This document shows, piece after piece, positions 19,242 to 30,738 of a stretch of DNA of 64,000 nt. The DNA lies in the NCBI GenBank assembly GCA_965218295.1, contig CBDCKN010000003.1, positions 288,001-352,000 of the forward strand, written 5' to 3'. Below the pieces are notes generated by a model, which made no database searches, was not told where the DNA came from, and saw only the letters and a program-made list of their open reading frames with translations. The translations under genes and the position numbers were made by a program. The stretch comes from Longimicrobiales bacterium (GTDB taxonomy: Bacteria > Gemmatimonadota > Gemmatimonadetes > Longimicrobiales > Gaopeijiaceae). How positions within the stretch are numbered: position 1 is the stretch's first letter; each line of letters opens with the position of its first letter.

Positions 19242-20412
19242 GCCGTAAGGTCAGAGCCTTTGCCAGCTCTCTCAGGCTGTTCAGGCTGTGCACAGGTCGG
19301 AAGTCGTCCACGTGCGGAAGGATGGCCCGGATGCCCTGGGCCTCCGGCTGGAACTCCTCATAGCGGAGGAGGGGATTCAGCCAGAGCAGCCGGCGGCAGG
19401 AGCGGTGGAGCCGATCTATGGCCGCTCCGAGTCCCTCCCCCCCTTCCCGGTCCAACCCGTCGGTGATCAGGAGAACCACGGCTCCCTGCCCCAGCACCCT
19501 TCGGGACCAGGAACGGTTGAATGCCTCGATGCAGGCCCCGATGCGCGTGCCGCCGTCCCAGTCCTTCACCACATGGCTCAGGCGCTCCAGCGCCACGTCC
19601 ACGTCGCGATGCCGTAGGTAACGGGTGGCGTTGGTGAGGCGGGTCCCGAACAGGAAGGTGTGCACCCGATCTCTGTCGTTGGTCAGCGCGTGCAGGAAGT
19701 GGAGGAGCATGCGGGTGTATCCGCTCATGGATCCCGAGATGTCGCACAGGGCAACGAGGGTGGGAGGCCTCCGGCGCCGGGCGCGCCACTCCAGCGGTAT
19801 GGTGGCCCCTCCGGCTCTGACCGTCGCGCGGTGCGTGCGTCGCAGGTCCACCTCGGCTCCCGCCGGGTGGGGCCGGCGCCGCCGGGTCGGCAGGTCCCGG
19901 ACCGGGAGCCGCATCCGGGCGATGGTTTCGCGGGCGGCCTCGATCTCCGCGACGGACATGTGCTCGAAGTCCTTCTCCGACAGAGCCTCCCGTTCGGAGT
20001 AGGTCATTCGGAGGTCCACTTCGACACTTTCGCGTTCCGGGCCGGCCCCCGGACCACCCTCGGCCCAGGCTTCGGCTAGACGCCGCGGCTGAGGCGGGCG
20101 CCGGGGCACGGGAACCTTTGACAGAGACAGGAGTTCCTCCAGAACCGAGTTGGAGGGAGGGCGATCCGACCAGAAGAGCTTGAAAGCCTCGTAGAACGTC
20201 GGCCGGTGCTCGCCTCGTCTCACTAGGACGGCGTGAAGGGCCCAGAAGAACTCGTCGGGGCGTGTGACGTCCACAGCGGCCAGAGCCCCCACGGCGTTGA
20301 GCACGTCGCCCGGCCCGGTGGGGAGCCCCGCCCGCCGGAGCAGCCGGGCGAAGTCGGTGACCCTTTCGGTAAGCTGCTCGCCCCAGGCGAGACCATCATC
20401 GCCGGGCGCCAC
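19204..20412 (-). CDS. coxE: CoxE-like VWA protein
   Basis: DISGSM, FGTRL, WDGGTRIG, WLNPLL; start uncertain. Confidence 0.9.
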   Translation of the reverse strand: MAPGDDGLAWGEQLTERVTDFARLLRRAGLPTGPGDVLNAVGALAAVDVTRPDEFFWALHAVLVRRGEHRPTFYEAFKLFWSDRPPSNSVLEELLSLSKVPVPRRPPQPRRLAEAWAEGGPGAGPERESVEVDLRMTYSEREALSEKDFEHMSVAEIEAARETIARMRLPVRDLPTRRRRPHPAGAEVDLRRTHRATVRAGGATIPLEWRARRRRPPTLVALCDISGSMSGYTRMLLHFLHALTNDRDRVHTFLFGTRLTNATRYLRHRDVDVALERLSHVVKDWDGGTRIGACIEAFNRSWSRRVLGQGAVVLLITDGLDREGGEGLGAAIDRLHRSCRRLLWLNPLLRYEEFQPEAQGIRAILPHVDDFRPVHSLNSLRELAKALTLRPTPARRGAGAKI

Positions 20413-20431
20413 CCCATGGGACGACGTCCTC

Positions 20432-21340
20432 CTAGACAACTTCCTGTAGGATGGCCAGGGCCGGCTCGCCGCGCACCCGCGCCAGGTCGTCCTCGTACTT
20501 GAGAAGCACACCTAGCGTATCGTTCACCACGTCGCCGTCCAGGCTCGACCGTCCCAGGGTTAACAGCGCCCGGGTCCAGTCGATGGACTCGGCGAGACCG
20601 GGCACCTTGAAGAGATCCTCCTGCCGCAGCCGCTGGACGAAGCCCACCACCTGACGGGTGAACTCCTCCCCCGCCTCGGGCACCCGAACCGCGACGATCT
20701 CCGTCTCACGATCCCTGGTCGGGTAGTCGATCCAGTGGTAGAAGCACCGGCGCTTGAGCGCATCGTGGATCTCGCGCGTCCGGTTTGAGGTGATGATCAC
20801 CACCGGAGGCTCCTTCGCCTTGATGGTCCCCACCTCCGGCACGGTGATCTGGAAGTCGGAGAGGAGCTCGAGGAGAAACGCCTCGAAGGGTTCGTCAGTG
20901 CGGTCCAGCTCGTCGATGAGGAGGACGGGTGGCCCCTCCGGACGTGGCGCCAGAGCTTCCAGGAGGGGCCTGTGGATCAGGAACTCGTCCGAGAAGACGT
21001 CGGACTCGAGACGGGCCCGATCCGTGACCCCCGCCGCCTCGGCGATCCGGATCTCGATCATCTGGCGAGCGTAGTTCCACTCGTAGACGGCGGACGATAT
21101 GTCCAGACCCTCATAGCACTGGAGGCGGATCAGGCGCCGCCGCAGTCCGGAGGCCAGGACCTTCCCGACCTCGGTCTTACCTACGCCGGCCTCTCCCTCC
21201 AGGAAGAGCGGCCTCCCCAGACGCAGAGACAGGTAGACGGCCGTCGCGAGAGACCGGTCCGCTACGTAGCGCTCCTCCTGGAGGAGCTCGAGGGTCTCAT
21301 CGACCGAATCCGGGATCGATACGCGCTCTTCTATGCGCAC
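20432..21340 (-). CDS. coxD: CoxD / MoxR AAA+ ATPase
   Basis: [28 protein letters not shown]. Confidence 0.92.
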   Translation of the reverse strand: MRIEERVSIPDSVDETLELLQEERYVADRSLATAVYLSLRLGRPLFLEGEAGVGKTEVGKVLASGLRRRLIRLQCYEGLDISSAVYEWNYARQMIEIRIAEAAGVTDRARLESDVFSDEFLIHRPLLEALAPRPEGPPVLLIDELDRTDEPFEAFLLELLSDFQITVPEVGTIKAKEPPVVIITSNRTREIHDALKRRCFYHWIDYPTRDRETEIVAVRVPEAGEEFTRQVVGFVQRLRQEDLFKVPGLAESIDWTRALLTLGRSSLDGDVVNDTLGVLLKYEDDLARVRGEPALAILQEVV

Positions 21341-22125
21341 GCCTCCACGGCACGGCGGGCCATAACGGACACCAGATGCGCCCGGTACTCCGCGCTGGCG
21401 TCCGTGTCCGAGACCAGATCGTCCTGCTCCACGCCGATGCCGTCGAGGGCTCCCGGCGCGAAGTCGGACGCCAGGGCGTCTTCCATGGCCTCCACGCGGA
21501 AGACCTTGTACCCGGCGCCGGACACCGCCACCCGGACGCCGTCGCCACCCTGGGCCACCATGACACCGGTGATGGCGTACTTGGAGGCCGGGTTTGGGAA
21601 CTTGGCGTAGGCGGCCCTCTCCGGAACGGGGAAGTGGACCGACGTGATGATCTCGTCGTCTTCGAGCGGAGTCTCGAACATGCCCACGAAGAAGTCGCCG
21701 GCGGCGATCTCACGCCGATCGGTCACGACCGTGGCCCCCAGCGCGACCAGGGCGGCCGGATAGTCGGCCCCCGGATCACTGTGTGCCACCGAGCCACCCA
21801 GCGTGCCTCGGTTCCGCACCTGCGGGTCTCCGATCCCTCCCGCCAGGTCGGCGAGAGCCGGGATGGCGTCCCGCACTTCGGCGGAGCCGTTCACCTCGGC
21901 GTGGGTCATGGCGGCCCCGATCACCAGCGTATCGCCGTCCCGCTGGATTCCCCGAAGCTCGTCGAGCCCGGCCAGCGACACCACGTCGCTGGGCGCCGCC
22001 ATGTCCAGCTTCATGATGGGGAGCAGGCTCTGGCCCCCGGCCATGAACTTGCCGTCGTCGGTCCCGCGCACGGCGCTCTGTGCCTCGGCCAACGTGCTCG
22101 GGCGATGGAACGTGAAGTCATCCAT
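21331..22125 (-). CDS. coxM: Molybdenum hydroxylase FAD subunit
   Basis: [21 protein letters not shown]. Confidence 0.92.
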   Translation of the reverse strand: MDDFTFHRPSTLAEAQSAVRGTDDGKFMAGGQSLLPIMKLDMAAPSDVVSLAGLDELRGIQRDGDTLVIGAAMTHAEVNGSAEVRDAIPALADLAGGIGDPQVRNRGTLGGSVAHSDPGADYPAALVALGATVVTDRREIAAGDFFVGMFETPLEDDEIITSVHFPVPERAAYAKFPNPASKYAITGVMVAQGGDGVRVAVSGAGYKVFRVEAMEDALASDFAPGALDGIGVEQDDLVSDTDASAEYRAHLVSVMARRAVEACA

Positions 22126-22135
22126 GCTCTCCTCC

Positions 22136-24505
22136 TCAGCTCGTGGCCTGCGCGTCCCGGATGGTGCGCCAAACGCGCTCCGGGGTCGCGGGCATGTCCA
22201 TGTGCTCTACGCCGAGATGCGCCAGGGCGTCTACGACGGCGTTCATGACGGCTGGGGGGATTCCGATCGAGCCGACTTCCCCAACGCCCTTCACCCCCAA
22301 CGGATTGTGGGTGCAGTGCGTGATGTTGTGGCCGGTCTTGAAGAACGGCAGGTCGGCGGCACGGGGCATGCAGTAGTTCATGTACGACCCGGTCAACAGC
22401 TGGCCGCTCTCGTCGTACTTGCAGCACTCCAGCAGGGCCTGCCCGATGCCGTGCGCGAGCCCTCCGTGCATCTGGCCCTCGACGATCATGGGGTTGATGA
22501 TGCGCCCCACGTCGTCGGCGCAGGAGACCGCCACCAGTTCGACTTCTCCCGTTTCGGGACTGATCTCGACTTCGGCCACGTGGGCGCCAGCGGGATACGT
22601 GAAGTTCTTGGGATCGTAGAAGGCCGTCTCATCCAGCCCGGGCTCCAGATCCTCCGGGTAGTTGTGCGGCACGTAGGCCGCCAGCGACACGTCACCGAGG
22701 CCCAGCGACTTGTCCGTGCCCGCAACCGTGAAGCGGCCGTCCTCGAAGACGACGTCGGCCTCGGAGGCCTCCATGAGGTGCGCCGCGATCTTGGTGCCCT
22801 TGGCAATGATCTTCTGCACGGCCTGGTGGAGCGCCGAGCCGCCGACGGCCAGGGAGCGCGAGCCGTAGGTGCCCATGCCGAAGGGGATCTTGCCGGTGTC
22901 GCCATGAACGATCTCGACCTGGTCGAACGCCACGCCCAGGCCCTCGGCCACGATCTGGGCGAACGCGGTCTCGTGACCCTGGCCGGTGGAGTGTGATCCC
23001 GTGTAGACCGTGACACTCCCGGTGGGGTGCACCCGCACCTGCCCCACCTCGAAGAGGCCGGCGCGCGCTCCCAGCGCACCCGCCATGGCAGACGGAGCGG
23101 CGCCGCACGCCTCCAGGAACGTCGAGAGGCCGATCCCCCTGAGCTTGCCCCTGGATTTGGCCTCCTCCCGGCGAGCCTCGAAGCCTGCCCAGTCGGAGAG
23201 ATCGAGCACCAGGTCCAGCGTACCGTCGTAGTCCCCCGAGTCGTACTCGAGAGCCACCGGCGTCTGATAAGGGAATTGATCCGGCTGAATGAAGTTCTTT
23301 CGCCGGATCTCCACCGGATCCATCCCCAGCTTGCGCGCGGCCGCGTCCACGAGTCGCTCCAGCATGAAGGCGGCCTCCGGGCGTCCGGCTCCCCGGACTG
23401 CGTCCACCGGGACGGTGTTGGTGAAGATGGCCTTCACTTCCGAGTAGATAGCAGGTGTGGTGTAGCAACCCGCGAAGACGGGCGAGTGCATCCAGGTCGG
23501 CACCGCCGCCCCGAACGTGGAGATGTAGGCGCCGAGATTGGCGAGCGTGCTCACCCTGAGCGCCAGGAAGCGCCCCTCCTCGTCCAGGGCCAGCTCGGCG
23601 TGCGTCACGTGGTCGCGCCCGTGCGCATCGGACATGAACGACTCCGAGCGCTCGGCCGTCCACTTCACGGGGCGACCGAGCTTGATGGACGACCACATGG
23701 CGATGATCTCTTCCGCGGAGTGGAAGATCTTGGAGCCGAAGGCCCCGCCCACGTCCGGTGCCACCACGCGCAGCTTGTGCTCGGGAATCTGCAGCACGAA
23801 CGCTCCCATTAGCAGCCGGATTACGTGCGGATTCTGGCTCGTCGTGTAGAGCGTGTGGTCGCCCTGCACCGGGTCGTAGTCGCCGATCGCCGCACGAGGC
23901 TCGATGGCGTTGGGAATCAGGCGGTTGTTCACGATGTCGAGTGACACGACGTGCGCCGCCCCCTCGAGGGCGGCGCCGGTCGCCGCCTTGTCGCCCAGCT
24001 CCCAGTCGAAGCAGACGTTCCCCTCGGCGTCGTCCCAGATCTGGGGCGCCCCAGGGACGACGGCCTGGGCTAGGGAAGCCACCGCGGGAAGGCTCTCGTA
24101 GTCGACGTCCACGAGGCCGCCGGCCTCCTTGGCCTGGGCCTTCGTCTCGGCGATAACCACCGCCACGATGTCTCCAACGTGGCGGACCCGCTCCACGGCC
24201 AGCGCCGGATGGGGCGGCTCCACCATGGGTGAGCCGTCCTTGTTGTGGAGGCCCCAACCGCACGGCACGCCACCGACTCCGTCGGCGGCCATATCGGCCC
24301 CGGTGAACACGGCCACCACGCCCGGGGCGGCCGCGGCCGCCGAGGTGTCGATGCCGGAGATGTTGGCGTGCGCCTCCGGAGAGCGCACGAGGTAGGCGTA
24401 CGTCTGCCCGGGCCGATTGATGTCGTCCAGGTACCGGCCCCTTCCCGTGAGGAAGCGGGCGTCTTCCGTCCGCCGTACGGCGGCTCCGATTCCGTTCTCC
24501 GCCAT
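22136..24505 (-). CDS. coxL: Xanthine dehydrogenase-family large molybdopterin subunit (form II CoxL-like)
   Basis: [32 protein letters not shown]. Confidence 0.92.
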   Translation of the reverse strand: MAENGIGAAVRRTEDARFLTGRGRYLDDINRPGQTYAYLVRSPEAHANISGIDTSAAAAAPGVVAVFTGADMAADGVGGVPCGWGLHNKDGSPMVEPPHPALAVERVRHVGDIVAVVIAETKAQAKEAGGLVDVDYESLPAVASLAQAVVPGAPQIWDDAEGNVCFDWELGDKAATGAALEGAAHVVSLDIVNNRLIPNAIEPRAAIGDYDPVQGDHTLYTTSQNPHVIRLLMGAFVLQIPEHKLRVVAPDVGGAFGSKIFHSAEEIIAMWSSIKLGRPVKWTAERSESFMSDAHGRDHVTHAELALDEEGRFLALRVSTLANLGAYISTFGAAVPTWMHSPVFAGCYTTPAIYSEVKAIFTNTVPVDAVRGAGRPEAAFMLERLVDAAARKLGMDPVEIRRKNFIQPDQFPYQTPVALEYDSGDYDGTLDLVLDLSDWAGFEARREEAKSRGKLRGIGLSTFLEACGAAPSAMAGALGARAGLFEVGQVRVHPTGSVTVYTGSHSTGQGHETAFAQIVAEGLGVAFDQVEIVHGDTGKIPFGMGTYGSRSLAVGGSALHQAVQKIIAKGTKIAAHLMEASEADVVFEDGRFTVAGTDKSLGLGDVSLAAYVPHNYPEDLEPGLDETAFYDPKNFTYPAGAHVAEVEISPETGEVELVAVSCADDVGRIINPMIVEGQMHGGLAHGIGQALLECCKYDESGQLLTGSYMNYCMPRAADLPFFKTGHNITHCTHNPLGVKGVGEVGSIGIPPAVMNAVVDALAHLGVEHMDMPATPERVWRTIRDAQATS

Positions 24506-24508
24506 GTC

Positions 24509-24976
24509 TCAGCCCCCCATCTCGGAGGCCGCAGCCTGAACGGCCTTCACGATGTTGTGGTATCCGGTGCAGCGGCAGAGGTTGCCCTCGAGCCACTCCC
24601 GCACCTCGCCTTCGGTCGGGTCGGGATTTCTGCTCACCAGGTCGAGGCTGCTCATCACCATGCCCGGGGTGCAAAAGCCGCACTGGAGGCCGTGATGCTC
24701 CTTGAAGGCCTCCTGCATGGGGTGGAACGCTCCGTTCGTCGCGAGCCCTTCGATGGTCGCGACCTCGGCGCCTTCGGCCTCGACGGCCAACATGGTGCAG
24801 CTCTTCACCGACCTGCCCCCGACGTGGACCACGCAAGCCCCGCACTGGCTCGTGTCGCACCCCACGTGGGTGCCGGTCAGGGTCAGGGTCTCACGGAGAA
24901 AGTCCACGAGAAGGGTGCGCGCTTCGACTTCATGTGAGACCGCTTGGCCGTTTACCTGCATCGACACGACTGGCAT
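24509..24976 (-). CDS. coxS: 2Fe-2S small subunit
   Basis: [24 protein letters not shown]. Confidence 0.95.
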   Translation of the reverse strand: MPVVSMQVNGQAVSHEVEARTLLVDFLRETLTLTGTHVGCDTSQCGACVVHVGGRSVKSCTMLAVEAEGAEVATIEGLATNGAFHPMQEAFKEHHGLQCGFCTPGMVMSSLDLVSRNPDPTEGEVREWLEGNLCRCTGYHNIVKAVQAAASEMGG

Positions 24977-25129
24977 GAACGACTCCCTTGTAGGGGAGGA
25001 GGTTCACGGCCGGTCCCGAGGAATCCGGCCGCGAAGGGAATGCGGTCAGGATGGGGCGCAGAAAACCTCCGGTCAAGCGACGCTGAGGCCACTCATGCGA
25101 GTCGCGTAGAAGCTGGGGCCGCCGCCCGG

Positions 25130-26596
25130 TCAGGCCGTGGCGGAGCGGCTGGTGCCTCCGCTGAGGAAGATGGCGTGTAGCGCGCTCAGGAGCTCTTCGG
25201 CGACGAACGGCTTCTGAAGGAACGGAATCTCGTAGCGCTGACAGAGTAGCATCTCCTCCTCGTCCAGCGTGGCTCCGCTCATGACCACCGCCCGGACGTT
25301 CTCGAATTCCTTGATGAGCTCCACCGCCAGACCCACGCCCTCTCCGTCCGGAAGGATGTGATCGAAAAGCAGAATGTCGGGCACCGCCTCCATGACCCTC
25401 CGGCGGGCGCCTTCCGACGACGGCGTGATCATGACCTTGTGCCCCTCGCTGGTCAGGACCCGCTCGATCCAGCCGAGGAGGGCCTCGTTGTCGTCTACGG
25501 CGAGGACGGTCACTGCCGCCATCTCCGGGCGGGGCTTCCCGCCCGTGGCCACCAGGGTGAGCTGGTCGCCCTCTTCCTGGAGGTCCACGGCGACGATGGC
25601 GCCCGGTGCCACGTCGCCGTCGGCCACCATGGCGGCCAGTGGTTGCGTGAGGTGCCGATGGATGGTGCGACGGAGCTCGTGGGCACCGTATTCCATGCTC
25701 GTCCCCTTGTCGAGCATGAAGAAGCGGGCCGCGGGTGCCACCTCGATCTCGAAGGAGCGGCTTCCCAGACGACTCTAGACGTGACGCTGCAAGTCCATCA
25801 CGTGCTGGTCCAGGATCGCCACCAGCGAATCGTTCCCCAGAGGACGGTACGTGATGACCGCGTCGATCCGGTTGACGAACTCCGGCGAGAAGTGACGCTG
25901 AACGGCCCGCAGGCCCACCCGCTCCAGGTGTGCCGAGAGTTCGGGGCCGGGCCGCCGCGGCCTGGTGTCGAAGCCCAGTCCCGGCTGGATCTCCGACATC
26001 ATGTCGCGGGCACCCAGGTTGCTCGTCAGGAAGATGAGCGCCTTCTCGAAGTCCACCTCCGAGCCGTCGCCCAGCCTCAGGGTGGCTTTGTCGAGCACAC
26101 CGAGAAGCAGCTGGGCAAGCGAGGGAGCGGCCTTCTCGATCTCGTCGAAGAGGACCAGTGAAAGATCGGACTGCTCGCTGGCCGCCGAGTCCAGGATGTG
26201 CTGGGTGAGCCGGGGCTCCGTCTGGGCGTGCCCCACATACCCAGGAGGTGCGCCGATGAGCTTGGCCACCTCGTGCTCGTTCTGAAACTCGCCACAGTCG
26301 ATCTTGACGATGCTCCGAATATCCCCGTGGAGCACCTCGGCGAGGGCCTCGACCGTCCGGGTCTTGCCAGTCCCCGTAGGTCCGAGCAGGAGAAACACTC
26401 CCACGGGCCGACCTTCGGGGGCGAGTCCCGACTGATGAAGCTGGATGCTCGGAACGATGTGCTCCAGGGCGTGGGCCTGGCCGACGACTTTGCTCGACAA
26501 CAGCCCGATCAGCTCGTCGGTCCGGCTTGGAGGTGCCATCTCGTCGCCTGGCATCACATCAACCGGCTCGGTCACGTCATCACTGGTCCCGCTCAA
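25130..26596 (-). pseudogene. ClpB D2-type AAA+ ATPase with C-terminal receiver domain; in-frame TAG at 25775-25777
   Basis: VVGQ, GPTGTGKT, LFDEIEKA, FSPEFVNRID; after the stop, in the same frame, YGAHELRRTI and a receiver domain (AVDD, LFD, LQKPF). Confidence 0.75.
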
Positions 26597-26640
26597 TTCA
26601 GGCCTCCATCAACGGATCGGCCTTGCGCGACGGACCGGCC

Positions 26641-27516
26641 TCACACGCCCGCGCTCGAGGCTTCCGCCGCGGCACCCGTCTCCACAGCGGCGCCGACGAG
26701 GTTGCCCCACTCGGTCCACGAGCCGTCGTAGTTCTTGATGCTGTCGTATCCCAACAGGTACTTCAGCACGAACCACGAGTGGCTGCTGCGCTCACCGATC
26801 CGGCAGTACGTGATAATGGGCCGCTCTCCCGTGATGCCACGGGCGCCGTAAACCGCGGCCAGCTCGTCCCGTGACTTGAACGTACCGTCGTCGTCGTTGA
26901 CCGCCATGCCCCACGGGATGTTCGACGCACCGGGGATGTGTCCCCCGCGCTGGCAGGTCTCGGGGAGTCCGGGAGGGGCCAGAATCTCTCCGCTGAACTC
27001 GGCAGGGCTCCTTACGTCCACGAGCTCGACCGCGCTGTCGCTGACCTGCGCCTTCACCTCCGGCAGGAACGCCCGGAGGTTGAGGTCGGCATCGGCGGCC
27101 TGGTAGCTCGTGGGCGACACGGAGGGCACCTCCGTCGTCATGTCCCGACCCTCCGCCTCCCACTTCTTGCGACCGCCGTCCATGAGGCGCACGTCCTCAT
27201 GGCCGTAGACCTTGAGCTGCCAGAAGGCCCAGGCCGCGAACCAGTTGTTGCTGTCGCCATACAGCACGACCGTGGATTCGGGGTCGATGCCGGACTCGGA
27301 CATCAGCGCTTCCATGTCCCCCTTGGACAGGATATCCCGCCGGACCTGATCGGCGAGCTGCGTCTTCCAGCTCCAGCCGATGGCGCCGGGCAGGTGCCCT
27401 TGGTCGTAGAGCTCCGTATCGACGTTCACCTCGACGGCGCTGACCTCCGGGTCGCTGGAGTGCTCACTCACCCAGTCGGTAGTGACGAGAACCTCGGGAT
27501 GGACGTGATCGGACAT
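26641..27516 (-). CDS. Thiosulfate/3-mercaptopyruvate sulfurtransferase (double rhodanese)
   Basis: GHLPGA, GHIPGA, YCRIGERS, YDGSWTEW. Confidence 0.92.
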   Translation of the reverse strand: MSDHVHPEVLVTTDWVSEHSSDPEVSAVEVNVDTELYDQGHLPGAIGWSWKTQLADQVRRDILSKGDMEALMSESGIDPESTVVLYGDSNNWFAAWAFWQLKVYGHEDVRLMDGGRKKWEAEGRDMTTEVPSVSPTSYQAADADLNLRAFLPEVKAQVSDSAVELVDVRSPAEFSGEILAPPGLPETCQRGGHIPGASNIPWGMAVNDDDGTFKSRDELAAVYGARGITGERPIITYCRIGERSSHSWFVLKYLLGYDSIKNYDGSWTEWGNLVGAAVETGAAAEASSAGV

Positions 27517-27675
27517 GATTGGCCTCCTTGGGAAAGAGCCGGCGGGTAAAAAGCCCGGAGACACTCCGGGCCACCTCCACAGCGAAAACCTGTGAACGAT
27601 CGGATTCGTTCCGATCATATGCAGAGCTCTGTGAAAAGGAAACCGGAATAGCGGGACGGGGGGCTCAAGCCGTCG

Positions 27676-27699
27676 CCCCCCCGGGGGGGGGGGGGGGGG
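27676..27699. repeat. C7-G17 homopolymer run
   Basis: Intergenic, between nrdJ and the sulfurtransferase gene. Confidence 0.8.
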
Positions 27700-27753
27700 A
27701 ACGGGCCGAGGGGAGATCAGATCAGGTGGGTCAGTGAGTGAAGACGGCTTCCA

Positions 27754-30279
27754 TCATCCACACTCGCTGTATCCGCAGATGTGGCATTTGACGCAGCCCT
27801 CCTCGTAGGAGAGCTGGCCGGCCCCGCACTCGGGACAGCTTCCCAGGAAGCTGTTGGGAAGGTCTGTGCCCGGGGTCGCCTGGGGCTGGGTGGCCCCGGC
27901 TGCTACGCCCACGCCCAGGGGAAGCGTCTCCTGTACGCCGTCCTTCTCCGCCGTGTACTTCTCGAGGGCCTGCCCGATGGCGTCGGGCAGCGAGAGCACC
28001 TTGGTCGGACCCACGCCCACCGCGCGATCCGACGAGATGCCCCGAAGCTGATCCCTCACAGCCGGAAGGGGGATACCGGAGCGGAGGGCCAGTGAGATCA
28101 AGCGGCCGATCGCCTCGGCGTCGGCCGTGGCGGCGCCTCCGGCCTTTCCGAGCGTACAGAACACCTCGAAGGCTCTCCCGTCTTGGTCTTCGTTGATGGT
28201 CACGTAGCAGTCGCCGAGAGGGGAGCTCATCTTGACGGTGCGGCCACGGAGCATAGGCGGACGTTGCCGCTTGTGGCGCGCCGCCGCCGCCGTCAGGTCC
28301 TGCTCCTGCTGCTCCCGATAGACTTGCTCCAGCTCCACGCGGAGTCCGTGGAGCGACTCGCGCGCGTCGGCCAGCAGGTGCTCGAGCTCGACGACCTCGG
28401 CGCTGCTTCCGCTCTTCCCGCTCTCCGACTTCTCCGTCTTTCCGGTGGAGAGCACCTGGTCGGCCCTCGATCCGTCCCGGTAGACGGTGACGCCCTTGCA
28501 GTGGAGCTCGTACGCCAGCTCGTAGATCTGCCTGACGTCTTCCTCCCGAGCCTCCTTCGGGAAGTTCGTGGTCTTGGAGATGGCCGAGTCGGTGTGCTCC
28601 TGGAACGCCGCCTGCATCCGCACATGCCACTCGGGCGTGATGTCGTAGGCGGTCTTGAACACTGCCTGGACTTCCTCCGGCACCTCATCGAAGTGGATGT
28701 GGCCCTCCTCCGCGATCCGGGTCATGAGATCCTCGGAGTACCAGCCTTCTTCCTTGGCCCGAGCGACGAAGTCCGGGTTCACGTCCGGCATCCTCACACC
28801 CGCCTGATTGCGCATGAACGCCACGGCGAAGATGGGCTCGATGCCACCGGAGCATCCCGCGAAGATGGAGATGGTTCCGGTGGGTGCCACCGTGGTGAGG
28901 TTGCAGTTCCGAAGGCGACGCTCGGGCCGAATACGCCGCCCCTCCGACTCACGGGCGCACGTGTCGTCGGGACCCCAGATGGACTCTTCCCACGCCGGGA
29001 ACGCGCCGTGGCTCTCAGCCAGTCTCTCCGACGCGTTGCGAGCCTCCTCGTTAACGAAGCCCATGACCTTCCGCCCCATCTCCACGCCTTCGGGGGTGTC
29101 GTATGCGATTCCGAGCTTGATGAGCATGTCGGCCCACCCCATGACGCCCAGACCGATCCGGCGGATCGCCTGAGCCAGCTCGGTGATGGCCGGGAGGGGA
29201 TACCGGTTCGCGTCGACGACGTTGTCCAGGAAGTGGGTGGACAGGGCGACCGTCTGGCGTAGGCCGTCCCAGTCGATTCGGTCGGCGGGCTCGCCTCCCC
29301 CGCCGGCGTCCTCTTTCACGAACTTCGCCAGGTTGATGCTGCCCAGGTTGCAGACGTCGTACGGCAGGAGCGGCTGCTCCCCGCACGGGTTCGTGGCCTC
29401 ATAGGACCCGAGCTCGGGAACCGGATTGAAGGCGTTGGCACGGTCGATGAAGAAGGTGCCCGGCTCGCCGGTCTTCCAGGCGCCGTGCACGATCATGTCG
29501 AAGATCTCGCCGGCGTCCTCCTGCCCGACCACCTCTCCGCTCTTGGGGCTCACGAGGTCATAGCTGGCCTCGTTGTGCACGGCCTCCATGAAGGTGTCCG
29601 TGAGGGCGACCGAGATGTTGAAGTTCGTGATCTGGGACGTGTCGTCCTTGCACGTGATGAACGACCGGATGTCCGGGTGATCCACGCGTAGGATCCCCAT
29701 GTTCGCACCCCGCCTGGTTCCACCCTGCTTGACGACCTCCGTGCTGGCGTCGTAGAGCCTCATGAAGGAGACGGGCCCGGAGGCCACGCCCATGGTGGAA
29801 CGAACCTGCGACCCGGTGGCGCGCAGCCTCGAGAAGGAAAATCCCGTCCCCCCGCCCGACTGGTGCACCAGCGCCATGGACTTGAGCGTGTCGTAGATAC
29901 CGCTCTTTCCGTTCGACAGGGCGTCGTCGACGGGAAGGACGAAGCACGCCGATAGCTGCCCCAGCGGCCGCCCGGCGTTCATCAAAGTCGGAGAGTTCGG
30001 CTCGAACCTTCCGTCGGTCATGAGGTCGTAGAACTGACGGGCCAGCTCCTCGACAGCCGCATCCGAAGCCCCATACTCCTTGTCCGCCTCCGCGATCACC
30101 CTGGCCACCCGCCAGAACATGGTCTCCGGCTCTTCGAGCGGGTCGCCGTCCTCGTCCTTCTTCAGGTAGCGCTTTCCCAGAACGATGCGTGCGTTCTCGG
30201 AAAGAGTGGCCGGGGCAAGGTCGTCCGGCACTACGTCATCGAAGATGCTCGGATCGTCTGAACGGGACTCCTGCTTCAT
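27754..30279 (-). CDS. nrdJ: Vitamin B12-dependent (class II) ribonucleotide reductase with TSCPD domain
   Basis: PNSPTLMNAG, SACF, TNPCGEQ, APTGTIS, SLPDAI, terminal CxxC...CxxCGYSEC. Confidence 0.95.
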   Translation of the reverse strand: MKQESRSDDPSIFDDVVPDDLAPATLSENARIVLGKRYLKKDEDGDPLEEPETMFWRVARVIAEADKEYGASDAAVEELARQFYDLMTDGRFEPNSPTLMNAGRPLGQLSACFVLPVDDALSNGKSGIYDTLKSMALVHQSGGGTGFSFSRLRATGSQVRSTMGVASGPVSFMRLYDASTEVVKQGGTRRGANMGILRVDHPDIRSFITCKDDTSQITNFNISVALTDTFMEAVHNEASYDLVSPKSGEVVGQEDAGEIFDMIVHGAWKTGEPGTFFIDRANAFNPVPELGSYEATNPCGEQPLLPYDVCNLGSINLAKFVKEDAGGGGEPADRIDWDGLRQTVALSTHFLDNVVDANRYPLPAITELAQAIRRIGLGVMGWADMLIKLGIAYDTPEGVEMGRKVMGFVNEEARNASERLAESHGAFPAWEESIWGPDDTCARESEGRRIRPERRLRNCNLTTVAPTGTISIFAGCSGGIEPIFAVAFMRNQAGVRMPDVNPDFVARAKEEGWYSEDLMTRIAEEGHIHFDEVPEEVQAVFKTAYDITPEWHVRMQAAFQEHTDSAISKTTNFPKEAREEDVRQIYELAYELHCKGVTVYRDGSRADQVLSTGKTEKSESGKSGSSAEVVELEHLLADARESLHGLRVELEQVYREQQEQDLTAAAARHKRQRPPMLRGRTVKMSSPLGDCYVTINEDQDGRAFEVFCTLGKAGGAATADAEAIGRLISLALRSGIPLPAVRDQLRGISSDRAVGVGPTKVLSLPDAIGQALEKYTAEKDGVQETLPLGVGVAAGATQPQATPGTDLPNSFLGSCPECGAGQLSYEEGCVKCHICGYSECG

Positions 30280-30400
30280 ACCGCTCCTGCTCCATCGCTC
30301 AATGTGGGAAGTCGGTGGGAATACATACCCCTCATATGTTGAAAAACGGCGATAGACGGCTCCGCCAAGGCATTGCTAATGTGGAGAATTGTCTCGAGTA

Positions 30401-30448
30401 CCACAAAATATTGGGGTATTCTTAACATACACCCCCTATATCTTGTGG
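30401..30448. promoter_or_regulatory. Tandem NrdR boxes
   Basis: CCACAAAATATTGGGG (30401-30416) and CCCCTATATCTTGTGG (30433-30448), 32 bp apart, upstream of nrdJ. Confidence 0.85.
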
Positions 30449-30738
30449 TCAAGAGTCTTCGTCGAGGAGCGCGCAAGACTGCCTGATTTCGCCGAACCAC
30501 CTCCCCAGGCAAGGCGGCAAGCGGCCGAGATCCGCTCCCGCGGACTTTGATAACACCCTCACAAGGTCCTATGTTGCGTGATATCGGGTTTGGCCAGCCC
30601 TCACAGCATATCTCGCCCCCTGCGGAGCGCCCCGCAGGCGTCCCCCCTTGCGTGTGTGGGCGCAGAATCTTGACATCGGAGCCAACGGTTGATTCGGGGT
30701 GGGGCCGCAGGCTCGGCCTCGGAGAGGGAGATCCACGA

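Noticed and set aside
22136..24505. Call as true aerobic CO dehydrogenase
   Set aside because: Lacks the AYxCSFR motif.
22692..24860. Long alternative-frame and antisense ORFs (e.g. 22692..24860, 47278..48975, 50142..51455)
   Set aside because: Arg/Gly/Pro-rich shadows of real genes, expected at high GC.
30280..30730. Cobalamin riboswitch upstream of nrdJ
   Set aside because: No B12-box motif recognised by eye; an Infernal search would settle it.
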